Below, piece after piece: positions 1-12,400 of a DNA stretch of 64,000 nt; position 1 is the stretch's first letter; each line of letters begins with the position of its first letter. The notes beneath the pieces are model-generated. The model ran no database searches, was not told the origin of the DNA, and was given only the letters and a program-made list of their open reading frames with translations. The position numbers and the translations under genes are program-made. Origin of the DNA: Aplysia californica (lineage: Eukaryota); NCBI RefSeq assembly GCF_000002075.1, contig NW_004797442.1:108250-172249 (forward strand), read 5' to 3'.

Positions 1-38
1 CACACACACACACACACACACACCCACACACACACACA
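1..38. repeat. (CA)n microsatellite
   Basis: Direct reading. Confidence 0.95.
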
Positions 39-479
39 GGTACCCTACATGAACACGTGAATATAAATTTGCATTTACACATACACATGTTACAGTCACC
101 AACACATGTTTAAACAATATGTTATCCACAGTCTCCTCTTTTTTTTATTATTGCTTAGACTAGAGACTTGCACTGCATTACTGCCTCTCAACTGGGACAA
201 CTTTTAAAATATTCTCTTAATTAATTAAGAAGATTCTAAACTCTACTAAAAATAAGCAAGCTAAATACAGCATAAGATCTAATATATATATAAGTTAATG
301 AACATAGCTACTGTAGATTTAATGTGAATTATAAGCCGCATGAAATATACTTGAAAGGTAAATAATTATTTATGAGCCTTGGGATTTGAGAATGAAGGTG
401 ATGAAAGAAAAAAAAAGGGGGAAGGGGAGGGGGGCTTCTTCAATCTCTAAGACTAAAAGTAAAAGAGAGACTAAATATT

Positions 480-1205
480 ATGATAAGCATTATGTACCTA
501 GAAATATAAAAAAATCAGTAAATTACATCATCTAATCAATATCAAACATCGGCCTACTGTTCTATTGGTGAATAGTTTAGTACATGTATTATCAATAAAT
601 TATAAAAACTTGATTATAATAAATTGTAACCTTTTGTTATTAGGAATATCTCTGGAGAATGTGAAAAGACTAAAAATTGTTCAAAACAATGCTGCCGATT
701 TAATTTTAAAGAAAAGAAAGCAAGACTCTGCTACACCTCCTTTACGGACTCTGCCCTGTCTTCCTGGTGAGAAAAGAATTTTGTACAGGTTGGCCACCCT
801 AAGTCACATAAATGCTTAAAAATGACAATGCTCCATCATAACATGTTTATCAAATCTGTTGAAACTGTACATTCCAGCTCGCAGTTTAAGGTCATCAAGT
901 GACATGTAGAAATTACTTTTACCATCAATGAAACTGAAAACAATGAGTGAAAGGGCATATTGGCATTTCATGATCCCAAGATCTGAAACACACAGCCTGG
1001 TAATAACTCAAGAGCAATCAAATCTCTTAATCTATTCAGAAGTCAACTCAAGTCATTTCTGTGTTTAGATTAAAGACGTAAGATTTTAGTCAGAGCACAA
1101 TGCACTGTTTATGCGCTGCCACTAGTATTTATAAAGCGCTCATAGCCTGTGTTCTTTAATTGGGGTTCATTGCTATATAAATGTCATATATTATTATCAT
1201 TATTA
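480..1205 (+). mobile_element. 3' fragment of an L2/CR1-group LINE
   Basis: Colinear with the 3' part of the 46570-48071 copy (LKIVQNNAA motif, shared 3' UTR, TTA-rich tail). Confidence 0.85.
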
Positions 1206-1442
1206 ACACAGGAAGAAAAATAACAACTGCAAATTATAAAAGATCAAAAATATAGGCTACTGCATCCTCATAAAAATGTGACACTATCAGAACAATTTTA
1301 TTCACACTTTATCAATTAAAATCACTCTCATCTCAACTTAAAACAGTAATATATTTATTTACGCTTATCAATTTAAATCAATTTCACCTCACCTTCAAAC
1401 TAGTATCTAACAAAAAACTGAAACTGGTAATTAGGAACCAAC

Positions 1443-1607
1443 CTCGTTTTTGATACTGGTCTCTTCCCCTTGCACTCGATGGCATAGGTCCATCATTGTC
1501 ATAGGCAGAGGCTCGACTTTCACAAATGAGCTCAGTGTAGCTTTGCAGTTTATGATCTAGTCGGCTTATCTTTTTGTTCACCTCTTCAATAGATCCAATG
1601 AGAAACG
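1443..1607 (-). CDS. Second coding exon of the same unidentified gene (PFLIGSIEEVNKKISRLDHKLQSYTELICESRASAYDNDGPMPSSARGRDQYQKR); gene continues off the left end
   Basis: Preceded by U12 branch site TTCCTTAAC (1629-1621) and AG (1609-1608). Open frame matches ORF 1384-1581. Donor probably GAG|GTTGGT at 1443; AAG|GTGAGG at 1393 is an alternative. Confidence 0.72.
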
Positions 1608-1791
1608 CTTAGAAGAAAAAGTTAAGGAAACACTCATGATTGTGACCTTTGAAAGTCTTCCTTCAATTGTTAAGGCATGCACCTTCACTTCACACAGATG
1701 AGCATAGATATCCTACAAATGCCCATATAATGTAGGCATCACTGACAGATGCCCTATCATTGAAACTATAAAATTGATATGCTTCAATATA

Positions 1792-2583
1792 CAGTGGAAA
1801 CCATAATATATAACAGGCCCTGTAATAACAGGGATCCGGTAATAACAGGGATGTTTAAAATCCTCGTTTTTTCCTACTCTTTGTCTCTATTAAAAGTTAT
1901 CGGTAATAACAGGGCCTCATCGGAGCCCAACCGGTTCTAGCAGGGACAAAGGCTCNNNNNNNNNNNNNNNNNNNNNNNNNNNNNNNNNNNNNNNNNNNNN
2001 NNNNNNNNNNNNNNNNNNNNNNNNNNNNNNNNNNNNNNNNNNNNNNNNNNNNNNNNNNNNNNNNNNNNNNNNNNNNNNNNNNNNNNNNNNNNNNNNNNNN
2101 NNATCTAAGCCTACTTCTTTCATTATGGTCACCAACGATGTCAAGTGCAAGACAAAATGCCTTTCAATTGACAAAAAAATACGAAATAATCCAGACAGTT
2201 GACAAAAAGCAAGTTCCACGGGCAGAGATTTGTCGTCAGTTCGACATTCCACAAGGGTCGATTCCCACCATTATCAAGGAAAGAGAGAAGATAGTAGCAG
2301 CATACTCCAATGAAAAGTTTGCTCTGGATCGAAAGAAGATGAGACTACCCGATGTAGATGCTGTGGACCAAGCTATTCTGTTGTGGTTTAAGGACGCAAG
2401 GAGAAAGTCGTTGCCAAAACCCATGTTCGTGGGTACTTGTGGCTAGGGAAACTACCCATGAATAAGAACAGCTAGATTAGTCCACAAATGTCCACTTTCC
2501 TTGCATTTCGGATTTAACAGGGATCGGATATAACAGGACTTTTTCTCTACTCCCACCATCCCTGTTATATCAGGTTTCCACTG
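1792..2583 (+). mobile_element. Non-autonomous pogo/Tigger element keeping a CENP-B-type HTH fragment
   Basis: CAGTGGAAACC...GGTTTCCACTG TIRs, TA TSD. ORF 2138-2446 reads KYEII...ICRQFDIP...WFKDAR. Confidence 0.9.
1956..2102. other. Assembly gap (147 N)
   Basis: Run of N. Confidence 1.
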
Positions 2584-3486
2584 TATATAAATAATTGTAA
2601 CAATAAATTCCTCAATAAAATTTCTTTTGACATACATCATAAAAATGCAGTATGCCAAGCATGTCAAATATAGACTAAGTTATTTGTATGTCCCTATATA
2701 TCATGTAATACAGCTTTACAACTTTTTTTCTAAATATCTCGCGCAAAAATTGTTCTAGAATGTTGTAATTTGGAACAGACATAATTCATTCAAAAGGAAT
2801 TTGTTTGATATAAAATCCACGAAGAAGAAACCTGTTTTGAAAACGGAAACGGCTAAAAGAAAAAAGCACCCAAAAACGCAAATTTCACCAATGTTTAAAA
2901 ATCTTGTAAAGGAAGTCGTGAAAAGATTAGTTGACCTTTTTCTTTATTTTCTCTTTGACATTAATATTCCATCCCTTTGACATTTACACAATATTTAATT
3001 TCTTTTACAGAGTTTAAAAAACCTAATGATTTCATTCTGAAATTTCTAGAAGCAGTGCTCCACATCCCCTCCTTTGGACACATTTTTAATGCGTCGTTCG
3101 AAATGTTCAGTGGCGCCTTAACACAAGGACCTGCTAAACCATGAGTTTTTAAAGCCACATACACAGTATATGTTCACTAAGAAGTGGCTCCTAGAGAAAA
3201 TTGAGTGGGGGGGGAGGGGGCCAATAGACAGCAATTTTGGAGTTAACATATCCTGCAGCGTAAAAATGGGCTTTGCACTAAAACAAATGTAATCGAGAAA
3301 ATGATCCTTCTTTATAAGACAATCGAGGAATTATGAACACATTGCCATGCTCTGATCCATGTCATCTCTGCCTAGCAAAGATGAACATGGTATAGAATCT
3401 TGTCGTAGGTTAAGATCTGCCATGAGAATGCAGACTACTGAGGTGTAGGAAAGTCCTAGCCGCAGATCATCCATGGACAGACGTTT

Positions 3487-3659
3487 TTTAGTTTAGTTTA
3501 GTTTTAGTAGAGGTTTTACAGCGCTCGCAACTGCATAAGGTCATACGAGCGCCAGATGATTAGAGGTGTTACAAGAGAGTAACAAACATAAAAAAGAAGA
3601 AGGGGAGATAAGGACGATAGATCTATATTTGATAGGCAAGAAGAAGCAAACCACCCACT
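3487..3659 (-). mobile_element. 5'-truncated non-LTR retroposon 3' end with 13-bp TSD
   Basis: TGGACAGACGTTT at 3474-3486 and 3660-3672. (TAAAC)n tail and GGCGCTCG...GCGAGCGC stem-loop. A similar end lies at about 63684-63750 (+). Confidence 0.75.
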
Positions 3660-4278
3660 TGGACAGACGTTTCATGGGACTCGACTACTGAAGTCTGCAC
3701 TCTGGTGACTATAAAGGGCTGCGCATGGTGCGTGTTCGACCTGAAGTGGTCATTTTTTAAAGAACTTTTTAGTTCTGATTCGCTAAAGAGCCAAACTGAC
3801 CGAACTTCTCTCTACTCATGACGCCAAAAGTCTTGAGGGCAACTAAACATTCTCTCTCGGAAGTTCATTCATTAGATGAAGTTTTATCATAATAAGTTCG
3901 CTAGTTTCGATTTAATGACCCAGTTACTGACGATTTCGTCATTTTTAGATTTAGTGCCAAAAAAGGGCCCCGGCGTACTGGGTTTACCCCCCTCGGAAAT
4001 AAAGAGTTAAACTACATTTATTGCAAGTATAATTGCTAATGGTAATACTCCTCAAAATTAAAAACGATATGTTTTTAAAATCTTTTCCTTTTGTTGTTTT
4101 CCTGCTGTACACAATTATAAGATAGAAATATAAGTTATAATTGTAACTAACCGTAACCTGAGGTTAGAGATAGAATTATTTATGTTAATATTCTGGCATG
4201 ACCCAAGAGGATGTTGTGTTGGTCCGTAAAACAAATATTATCACCATGCCCAACCCGCAACCAGTCTGGTTGCATGTA

Positions 4279-4473
4279 TAGACCCTGTCCCCATCGTTTT
4301 ATGCAAGAAAAATTCTGAAATTATGCAAACTGAGCCCAAAAATGTGAAATTATGGGATTCTGTTAATTTTAACAAAGAATGATAAAGGAAAATAATCAGA
4401 AATTATGCCAAAAATGATCAAATTTAGCTAAATTATGTGGGGTGCATAAAACCATGGGGACAGATAGGCCCTG
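4279..4473. mobile_element. Small MITE
   Basis: Inverted ends CTGTCCCCATCGTTTTATGCA / TGCATAAAACCATGGGGACAG. Confidence 0.6.
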
Positions 4474-4523
4474 GATCATTTCACCCTGCCCTTGGGACAA
4501 CAAACTACATTTCGCTGTCTTAA

Positions 4524-5239
4524 CCCATTGCACCCGAGCTACGAGTATATTCGTAGCTGCCGCGCGCTTCTGTCCAGAGAGCTACGAGAATAGTCATATC
4601 AAAATACCAGTCCACAAAATCGAGTCCTAACCTTTTGCAAGCCTGTTTTGATCCAGTTTTTCGTCATGTACGAGTTACTTTTGTTTTTTTGTCACTGCAA
4701 ATCATGACAAGAAAGCGAGTACTGGAATTTTCATGGACGAGAAGAAGAAAAAAACAGCAACAAAAAACAACAAAACCACTGTTATTTTTGTATTTCTTGA
4801 AATACATGAACCATGTTTTTAGTTTGTTTCAGGCATAATTAGTGGCAAAGAAAGTTAAAAGTAGATCTAGATCTAAATCTAGAAAAACAAGGCAATCTGA
4901 TTGATTTTAGTGCCTTGAAAACTTCGAAGAAAAGCTAGATCTCTAGATCTAGACCATAGATTTTCAAAAGCTGCTATTGCTAAATCGAGTGCCAATGAGT
5001 CGCAGTCGGACGAAGAATATATTGTTTTCTCTGCTCTTTCCTTCATCTTTCTCTCTAATAAAATTAAAAGAACATTTAAGTAAAATCTAAGCAAAATTTC
5101 ATACTGATACCCTATAAATACTTTGGGCAAAATGCGTGGCTAAGTTTAATGTGTCGAGTTCAGACCGATTTTTCCCCTGGCTCGCAGCAAGCCAGGGTGG
5201 ACACAAGTGTACTGCCACGGCAACGCAGGGTGAATTGGG
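4524..5239. mobile_element. piggyBac-type MITE
   Basis: TTAA|CCCATTGCACCC ... GGGTGAATTGGG|TTAA. Confidence 0.75.
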
Positions 5240-5901
5240 TTAAGTATTACAGCAAATGCTTATCATAATCAGTAGCAAATTAATAATCAATGACTCATAA
5301 TGAAAAAAACAGCAACAGCACTGAACACTGACTCTATTCTTTTCTTTCTTTTTTTATCTCTGCACTTGAATAACTTACCTAGAAAAATCTCACCAATCAA
5401 GTTTTTCAACAAACATTTTTATTTTCTAGATTCTATGCCAGCTTCAATAAAAGAAAAAAGAATAAGTAAAAGGAAGTGGATAAATCAGATCATAAGTCAA
5501 CAGACAATCCAAAGGAAGGTGCTCCTGTCAATTTTTTTCCACTTTTCCGTTGCATTGAGAAGATAGTGAAAGTGGTTGAACCTATACAGTGTAGTGTCCT
5601 AGATACGGTTATCACACCAAGTACGGTATTAGTACATTGTATTTCAAGTCGGTGTTACCCGCCTGTGTGTTATGCAATGTAGGTCAATTAAACAAAGAAG
5701 TCTCAGAACACCCGTTCATGGATCTCGCATGTGTTTTTCTTATTGTGCTAGCCCCTTCAACATAACATACAGGTCCTTTTGCACTAAGGGCAGTTAACCC
5801 TACTCCTTTCCCAGGGCATGACATTTGAATAAGAAAGACTTTAAAATCACATTATTGCCAAATATTTTTGTACTGATATCACAGTCACAGACATTTTAAT
5901 A

Positions 5902-6788
5902 CAGTCGAACCTGCCTTAAGGGAAACCTATATAAAACGGAAACCTGTCTTAACGGAATCTCCCCGCTCCTCCCTTGATATTCCTCTTTAATTACCTGTAT
6001 AAAACGGAAACCTGTCCAACGCGGAAACGGAAAGAAAAATCTGCTCCCTTCCGAGGGTTTCACCTGTCGTAAGATGGAAAATGCTTCACCCGCTCAGCCC
6101 TGATTTGAAACAAAACTTGCAAGTTTGGTTCCGCTGGCTATAAACTTAACCCAATAGCCATGCCGCTGGACGAGGAAGGGGAGTAGGGGAGCAATTTGGG
6201 GGTAGATGTTACCCTATTACCCCATCATGTGAGCCCTGAGCGATGCGAATGGTCAGGGTTGTGTGGGTGTAAATCTCACGACTGCATGTGAGAGTGCTCG
6301 AGTAGCGAGCCACACTACGGAAACTTTCCAGGGTAGCCAGCAGCCAGAGGTGTGAAATTAGTTTGACCAATGCCTGCCACCCTGGTCATACGGCCAGCTG
6401 AGAAAAGAGTCCCTCGAATCGTTGTTACACGATGGCAGTGAGGAGTGGTATTGGTTGACTGTGCTTGTTACACCAGTGGGTGGGGCTAAGGGTGGAAGTA
6501 AAGGAGAGTTTAAACGTTTCTGTTTTTAATAGGTCAAACAGTGGTACGGAAAGGCAAGCACTGGTGGTAATTGGATAAGTAAGACTGACGCGCATCAGAC
6601 AGTATAGCAGTTGAGAGGTGTGAAGATTTGACCACTGCTTGCAGATCAGATAACGGATCCTTGATCCCACTGGCTGGGCCTTTGAACCCCCCCCCCCCCC
6701 TCCCCCTAAATTTCCCTAAGACGGAAAATGTCTAAGACAGAATTTTTTTCTGGCTCCCTTGCGATTCCGTTTTACACAGGTTCGACTG
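5902..6788. mobile_element. CAGTCGAACC-family pogo/Tigger-like MITE
   Basis: TA|CAGTCGAACCTG...CAGGTTCGACTG|TA. Homologous to copies at 14888, 23665 and 28176. Confidence 0.9.
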
Positions 6789-6985
6789 TACTTCTGAAAA
6801 ACAGTATATTACACACATACATAAATAGTAACATACTAGATCTAGACTCTAGACTATAATAGTCTATTGTTTCCCTTAAAGTTTCCTTTTAATTTCGTCA
6901 TCACATAAAATGATACACTATATACTATATATAGATCTAGATCTATACAGAGTAGTATAAATTATAAAAAAGTAAAAAAGGATAC

Positions 6986-7106
6986 GAGACTTTGTCCGTT
7001 GCTTTGCTTCTAACAGTCGTTTCCGGAGTGAGACTTTGTCAGGAGCTTCATCAAGGCTTTCATCCAATAGATCCATAGGGGACCCAACTCTGTTTATACC
7101 TGACAT
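6986..7106 (-). CDS. First coding exon of an unidentified gene (MSGINRVGSPMDLLDESLDEAPDKVSLRKRLLEAKQRTKS)
   Basis: ATG at 7106. 121 nt (phase 1) ending at a U12-type donor GTATCCTT (6985-6978). Phase fits the exon starting at 1607. Confidence 0.75.
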
Positions 7107-8651
7107 TATGTAATAGTACAACAGTAGGTTTTAATTTTAATAATGAATGAGTGGTTGAGTTTTGAAACTCGAAAAGAAAATCGAAAAGATATTTCAGAAA
7201 ACAAATATCCTCATGGGTCGACTGGTCCACACATTAGAGATTGCGTTTTACAATACTAAATGTACGTGTATGCCCATCGTAATTCAATTAAATACAACCC
7301 ATTCCAATACGACTGTTCAAGAAGTATTAAGACGCGAGCGCATAGTAGGCCCTATTTGACGCTTTGCTCAAAGTCAGCCATCTTGTTGTTTAACAGGGCA
7401 ACCGCATGCAGAGCTAGTTTAATTTCTAACATTTTTATCGGTATTTTATCAAATCAAGTAAATGTTATTTGTCAATTAAAAAAAGCAGCGTCAACAAAAG
7501 TAACTAATACTAATAATATTTTAATATTATGTTGAGGTCGAAAAGAAATTGAATTGCAGCTCTACTTTAATTCTGTTTCCTTCCAAAAATAAACATTTGC
7601 GATCTCGAAAGTGGAAGTGGACTTTTCGAGGAGAATGTTCCGTATCTAAGCTGTTTGTCACTAAGGCACTAAGGTTTGTCATAATTATGCTGTTCGAATT
7701 CGACTGGTCATCGCTGGTCTCTAAGACTAAGTGAGTGCATTTGAAACTGAACTCTTTCCCGATAACAGCACACACAGGCACTGATCCTGTTCTGACAGTT
7801 TGTGTTCCAGAGTTTGAAACTTTGATATTAATTATAATTAATAGCCCAGGCCTAGCCTAAACCTAAAGTCTAAAGATGAGACAGCGCCTTGTCTGTGTCA
7901 AGTTCGTGAATCTTTCCGAGCCTAGGCCTCACGCAATACAAATTCTCCTTGTAACTCGATCATCTGTAGTCCATTAAAATGTGGTATGGCTAACACCATC
8001 TGTATTTTCTTTTTTAACAGGAGCCTACTAGATTCATATTAACATAAATTGTAATAAAACATAACCATTGAGTTTGACGGTGAGAATGTGAGAGGAAATA
8101 CATGTACTGTACTTGCATGTCGGTTCTCAAATGGTTAGTGGCGATAAACCAAAAATGAAAGTGCATAGATCTAGATGTAGATATCTAGATCTAGAAATCT
8201 AGAATCTAGAATCTAGATCTAGTCTACACTAAATACATTGTACAAGTTTTTTGGCTGAATCGTCAAATTTGATCAGTCCCAAATCAAAGGTAAGATTTTT
8301 TTTTTTTTTAAATTTTGCATGCAGGTGAAAACGGAGATTACTTTTTTTTTTTTTTTTTGGTCTCCAATGATACATAACCCGTGTTCTGGTGAAAGAAGCA
8401 GAAGTTTGCTTTTCATTCTGTTGCCAGTTGCCGTAAACGGTTTGACTACGGAACACAGCTTTAGGACTAGGCACAATGCCAAGTGCCAAAGCCAAGAACA
8501 ATGTAAAGAGATGATCTAGATTAGAAACCCAAATCTAAATTAGAAATAAACAGATCTTGTTCTCAGAGACCAACGCCCAGTTTTGAAGAGATCTCAAGGC
8601 ACGGGCCCTATTTTCAGTGTATTTTGTGGAATTGTTTATATTGGTGGTATC

Positions 8652-8706
8652 ATGTCATTCTGCAGCTGGGCAAAAGCAGAACATTACCGGGATCATTTTG
8701 ATAGAG
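8652..8706 (+). CDS. MSRB1: Methionine-R-sulfoxide reductase B1 (selenoprotein R/X), coding exon 1: MSFCSWAKAEHYRDHFDR(G)
   Basis: MSFCS N-terminus with resolving Cys4, typical of MsrB1. AG|GTAAAA donor, phase 1. Upstream acceptor TTTTCAG ending at 8617. Confidence 0.92.
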
Positions 8707-9097
8707 GTAAAATATGTAGGCCTATAATCTAGACTAGGTCTAGTGTATCATGGTGATGTGAAAATAATAGTAATAGAGATCTCTATTAATTGTCCGTAAT
8801 GAACGGTAATGTTTTAGACCTTATGGGGTAAAAGTGCATTTTAGGTGCATAAATTATTAGACTCAATGTACACCGACAACACGTATTTTATTATCAGTAC
8901 TTTTGTGTTTGTAGCACATTAAATTAGACCCAATTAAGTGCAACAATAACACGTTATTTGGGTAAGATTGAACTTTGGTGGACCCAACACTGAATGAAGC
9001 CGCTACTTTTGAGCGGGGGCGCTGAGCTGCCCAGTTTGTCACAGGCCCATGAGTCAGTTTGTCATAATGACAGCACGTTGACACTGTAACTTTTATA

Positions 9098-11712
9098 TAG
9101 TGCGATCGAAAATTTGTGGCGCAACCTAGGCCTTCTCAGTCCAGGCCCTGTATCCCGGATGTTTGGCTCTGGCATTGAGGGCCGGGGTGGACGACCTTAT
9201 CTTGATAAGCTCGCCTCGACACCCGTCCTTATCTTATCGAGGATCAATAGGAAAAGCGGCGATTAAATGCGAAAAGCAGCGATAGGCAGATGTACTAATA
9301 CTAATTCGTATACAGGTGATGGAACATTTTTGCATTACGCTTTTGCGTGCCGATAGTGTAATAGTAATGTGTGTAGTGTGTAGCCGTCTAGTCTGTCTAA
9401 CCTCCTAGCCTCTTCATTGTTTCATTCAGTCCTCTTGGGTGTACACGCTTTTTTCGTTTGGATGTATTTTCGCTAACTCAATTCTAAGGATTAAATTTGT
9501 GCTTTTGTTATGTGTTTTAGTGTTCAGCCCAGATTCTAGTTTTCTTTCGTCTTGAATGTTATTGTTTCTAGAATCTACTCTTACTGTGAAAAAGTTTTCA
9601 GCTGACGTCTCAGTTTTGGCGCAATGAACCATGTGAGCAACATTTGAACATGGGAAGAGAGTGTAGGGGATGGGGCAGTATAGAAGTGGTTATATTATGC
9701 CAGCCAAAAGGGAGATGCAAAATAACAATAATATAGATTTCCAAAAGATTCGGAAAAAAAGCATGGTGGATCAAAAGTGTTCCTAATAAATTAATCGTAG
9801 AAGATGTCATGGATTATATATATATATATATAATATAATGAGTTTGCTCTCTGCACTTCCCACCTGAGGTATCTTTGACACGATCTGGAAGATTTATGGT
9901 GCCCACAGAGTCTCCAACAATATTTCCAGAAGTACCACCATTATGTTGTGGCTCACCAGCTCCAAAAAGAGAAAAAAAAAGAGCAACTACAACAAGTTCA
10001 GCTTCTTCTAGAGCTGCTAATAGTAATATTGATTAAATGAATATATATATAATAAACAGGTGTCTTCAAGTTCGATTCATTTTATCAAACAATGGATATG
10101 ACGCTGACAGCCATTGGCAATGTTGCAAAGAGTAGATTATTATAGTACATTTGTCTTGCTCAGCAGAACTCGAGATGGCCCTGTTTTTGCATTTTCCATG
10201 TATTTTACTTCTGTTCACCATACCCATGACCACTTGAAAGGGGTTTCATTTGAAGCTTCACAAACTGAAGCACAATCAGGCATCCAGGCTTCACTAGAGA
10301 TGTTGTCACATGCTAGAGTCAGTTAGCCTGGATGAAATTTTGTACTTCATGTGTAACCTTCCAGAGAGACATTGTTGGCCTACACTACTACTACTACTTG
10401 TTGGGTAGGGTTGGGTTTTTTTTAATGGAAACCACTGAAAAACTGTGCAGAAATTGATTAGTGGCGATTTTGTGGGACTTTCCAGCGATATTTCATCTTG
10501 ATATATTGTTATCGTAAGCTGATGCGGCTGGCAATTATCTTCATGAAAAGATTTGTGGAGCAAATGAAGGACAGGCAAAGAAAAAAATACAAAGTAACTT
10601 TTTTTCAGAGGTAAGGGATTGTGTTCAGTTACATGCTTTTAATATAATATATTATATATATATGTGTGTGTGCGTCAAATTTATTTTCTTTCCTATTTGT
10701 TGAAACATGTAGAATGAGAACGATGTTGCAAGTGAAGAAAAGTTGTCCCCCACTAGTGTGCCATGGTCTTTTTTTTGGTGGTAAAATGCAAGCGTAATTC
10801 ATTTTCATGTTGACCAATTGATACACTCTGTCACTGATGTGATCTTACTTTGTTATAAGAGCCGATAAACTCTCACAACAAAGCAGCAACAACAAAAATG
10901 CATTGAATTTAAGTAAGGTTCCTTGTACTTGTAGGCCAGTCTAGTGAGTACAGTGCGAGAATGCTCCATCACCCGCACCAGCGCTCGTGTCTATCGCCGC
11001 TTTTCGCACTGACCCTCGACGAACGTGTTCTGCCTCCAATGCCAAGGCCAGTCATGCGGGATGTGAGGCCTGAAACTGAGAAAGCCTAGGGCGCAAACTT
11101 ATCCTCAAATATCTCTTTAACGGGTGAATCAATGTCATCCATACTTTGCACAGCAGTTTGTATCAATTTGTCTTAACTAAATCATATTTTTCTAGAACAC
11201 TTGGGGCTATAAATTTATATAAAATACTTGAAATCTCTGTCACAGGTAAAATGTTATTGTTCACAGCACTTCCCGCTTCTCACACACATTTTGATTACGC
11301 ATATATAGCATACGCCACAACCATCTTGTCAATTTTTATTTGCAAAACTTGTTACAAGAAATTATTTTTATAGTGAACACATCTTTTGCACAAGTGGTTC
11401 TCAAAACATGCGTTCAATAAGCATTTATATATCCCTATTAGAAAAACATGACAGACTTGCTATTAAAAGAAATATTGCCCCAGCTGTAAACATGATTTTT
11501 AAAGATGTAGAAACCACGTATTTGGATTTTTTATTTGTACTTATTCAGGAATTTTTTAGAATTCAGCTAGCAGGTGTGTACAAAAATGTTGACCTGTTAA
11601 GACAAATTGATACAAGTCATTTTGCAAAAATCGGAGAACCTATGTTCGATAGTTGAGGAAATATTTGAGTCTATTTGACAATAAGTTGCGCCACAAATTT
11701 TTGACCGCACTG
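9098..11712. mobile_element. Tc1/mariner-like non-autonomous element with a nested TIR element (~9127-11089)
   Basis: Outer TIR AGTGCG(A/G)TC(G/A)AAAATTTGTGGCGCAAC at both ends. Inner TIR CTAGGCCTTCTCAGT/ACTGAGAAAGCCTAG flanked by a GGCGCAA duplication. Confidence 0.7.
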
Positions 11713-12238
11713 TAAGTTTTTTATTCTCCACCTTCAAAATGGTGGTGTAGAGAAGTCCCTCTATAATGTCAATTCAGCTTTTTTTGTTCAATATTTCTTC
11801 CTTTTTGTATGCAAATCAAAGCAAATTACTCTGTAAAATTTCAACAATGGATGTTCTTTCTTAAAAAAAACATGAAAAATAAAATTTAATTCATACAATC
11901 AATCAATCATTTACTCTTTTTCAGAGTGTCAGTGATAACTTCCATCATGCAGGGCGCAGTCGAGGCGGGGTGGGCCTGTGACAAACTGGCATGCTTCCTT
12001 TGAGCCTCGCTGTGCAATGCCATACTATGGTCTGCATGTTTTTTTTTTTATTATTATTGTTGCCAAGGGGGCAAACCCACCCTGAAACCCTCCACTAACA
12101 GGGGGGCAAGCCCCCCTGAAACCCTCCATTGTTGTTATGGATTGTGCACATTAATACATGTAAACACGGTGGGTCCACCAAAGTTAAACCCAGCCTGTTA
12201 ATTGAATACCCACCCCAAGTATTAGCGCGAGTAAATTA

Positions 12239-12400
12239 TCAGTTGTTCATCAGCATCACTTTGTGGACATGGATGATCCAGACATCCACACCAGACACGT
12301 CGAGAACATGTGGATGCACGCTAAACGAAAATTGCGCAGACAGTTTGGCACGTCGTATGATCTCTTCCCATCCTATCTTCTTAAATTTGTTTTTCGTGAC
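12239..12400 (+). mobile_element. Merlin (ISXO2/IS1595-like) transposase C-terminal remnant
   Basis: Frame not in the ORF track: VVHQHHFVDMDDPDIHTRHVENMWMHAKRKLRRQFGTSYDLFPSYL (HTxxxENxW motif). Confidence 0.75.

Larger units (their letters stand above)
1608..6985 (-). other. U12-type (minor spliceosome) GT-AG intron, 5378 nt
   Basis: 5' splice site GTATCCTTTT and branch site TTTCCTTAAC 13 nt before the exon. Both are consensus, and joining keeps the reading frame. Confidence 0.85.

Noticed and set aside
5380-5581. Extra minus-strand exon (TAG acceptor, GTAAGT donor) inside the U12 intron
   Set aside because: No protein-like frame seen, and U2 sites would not pair normally with the flanking U12 sites. 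A cryptic or poison exon cannot be excluded without RNA data.
1443-7106. Assignment of the U12-intron gene to SLC38A9 or CLCN7
   Set aside because: Only short coincidental resemblances (KLQSYTE, PF-x-I); the characteristic N-terminal motifs are absent.
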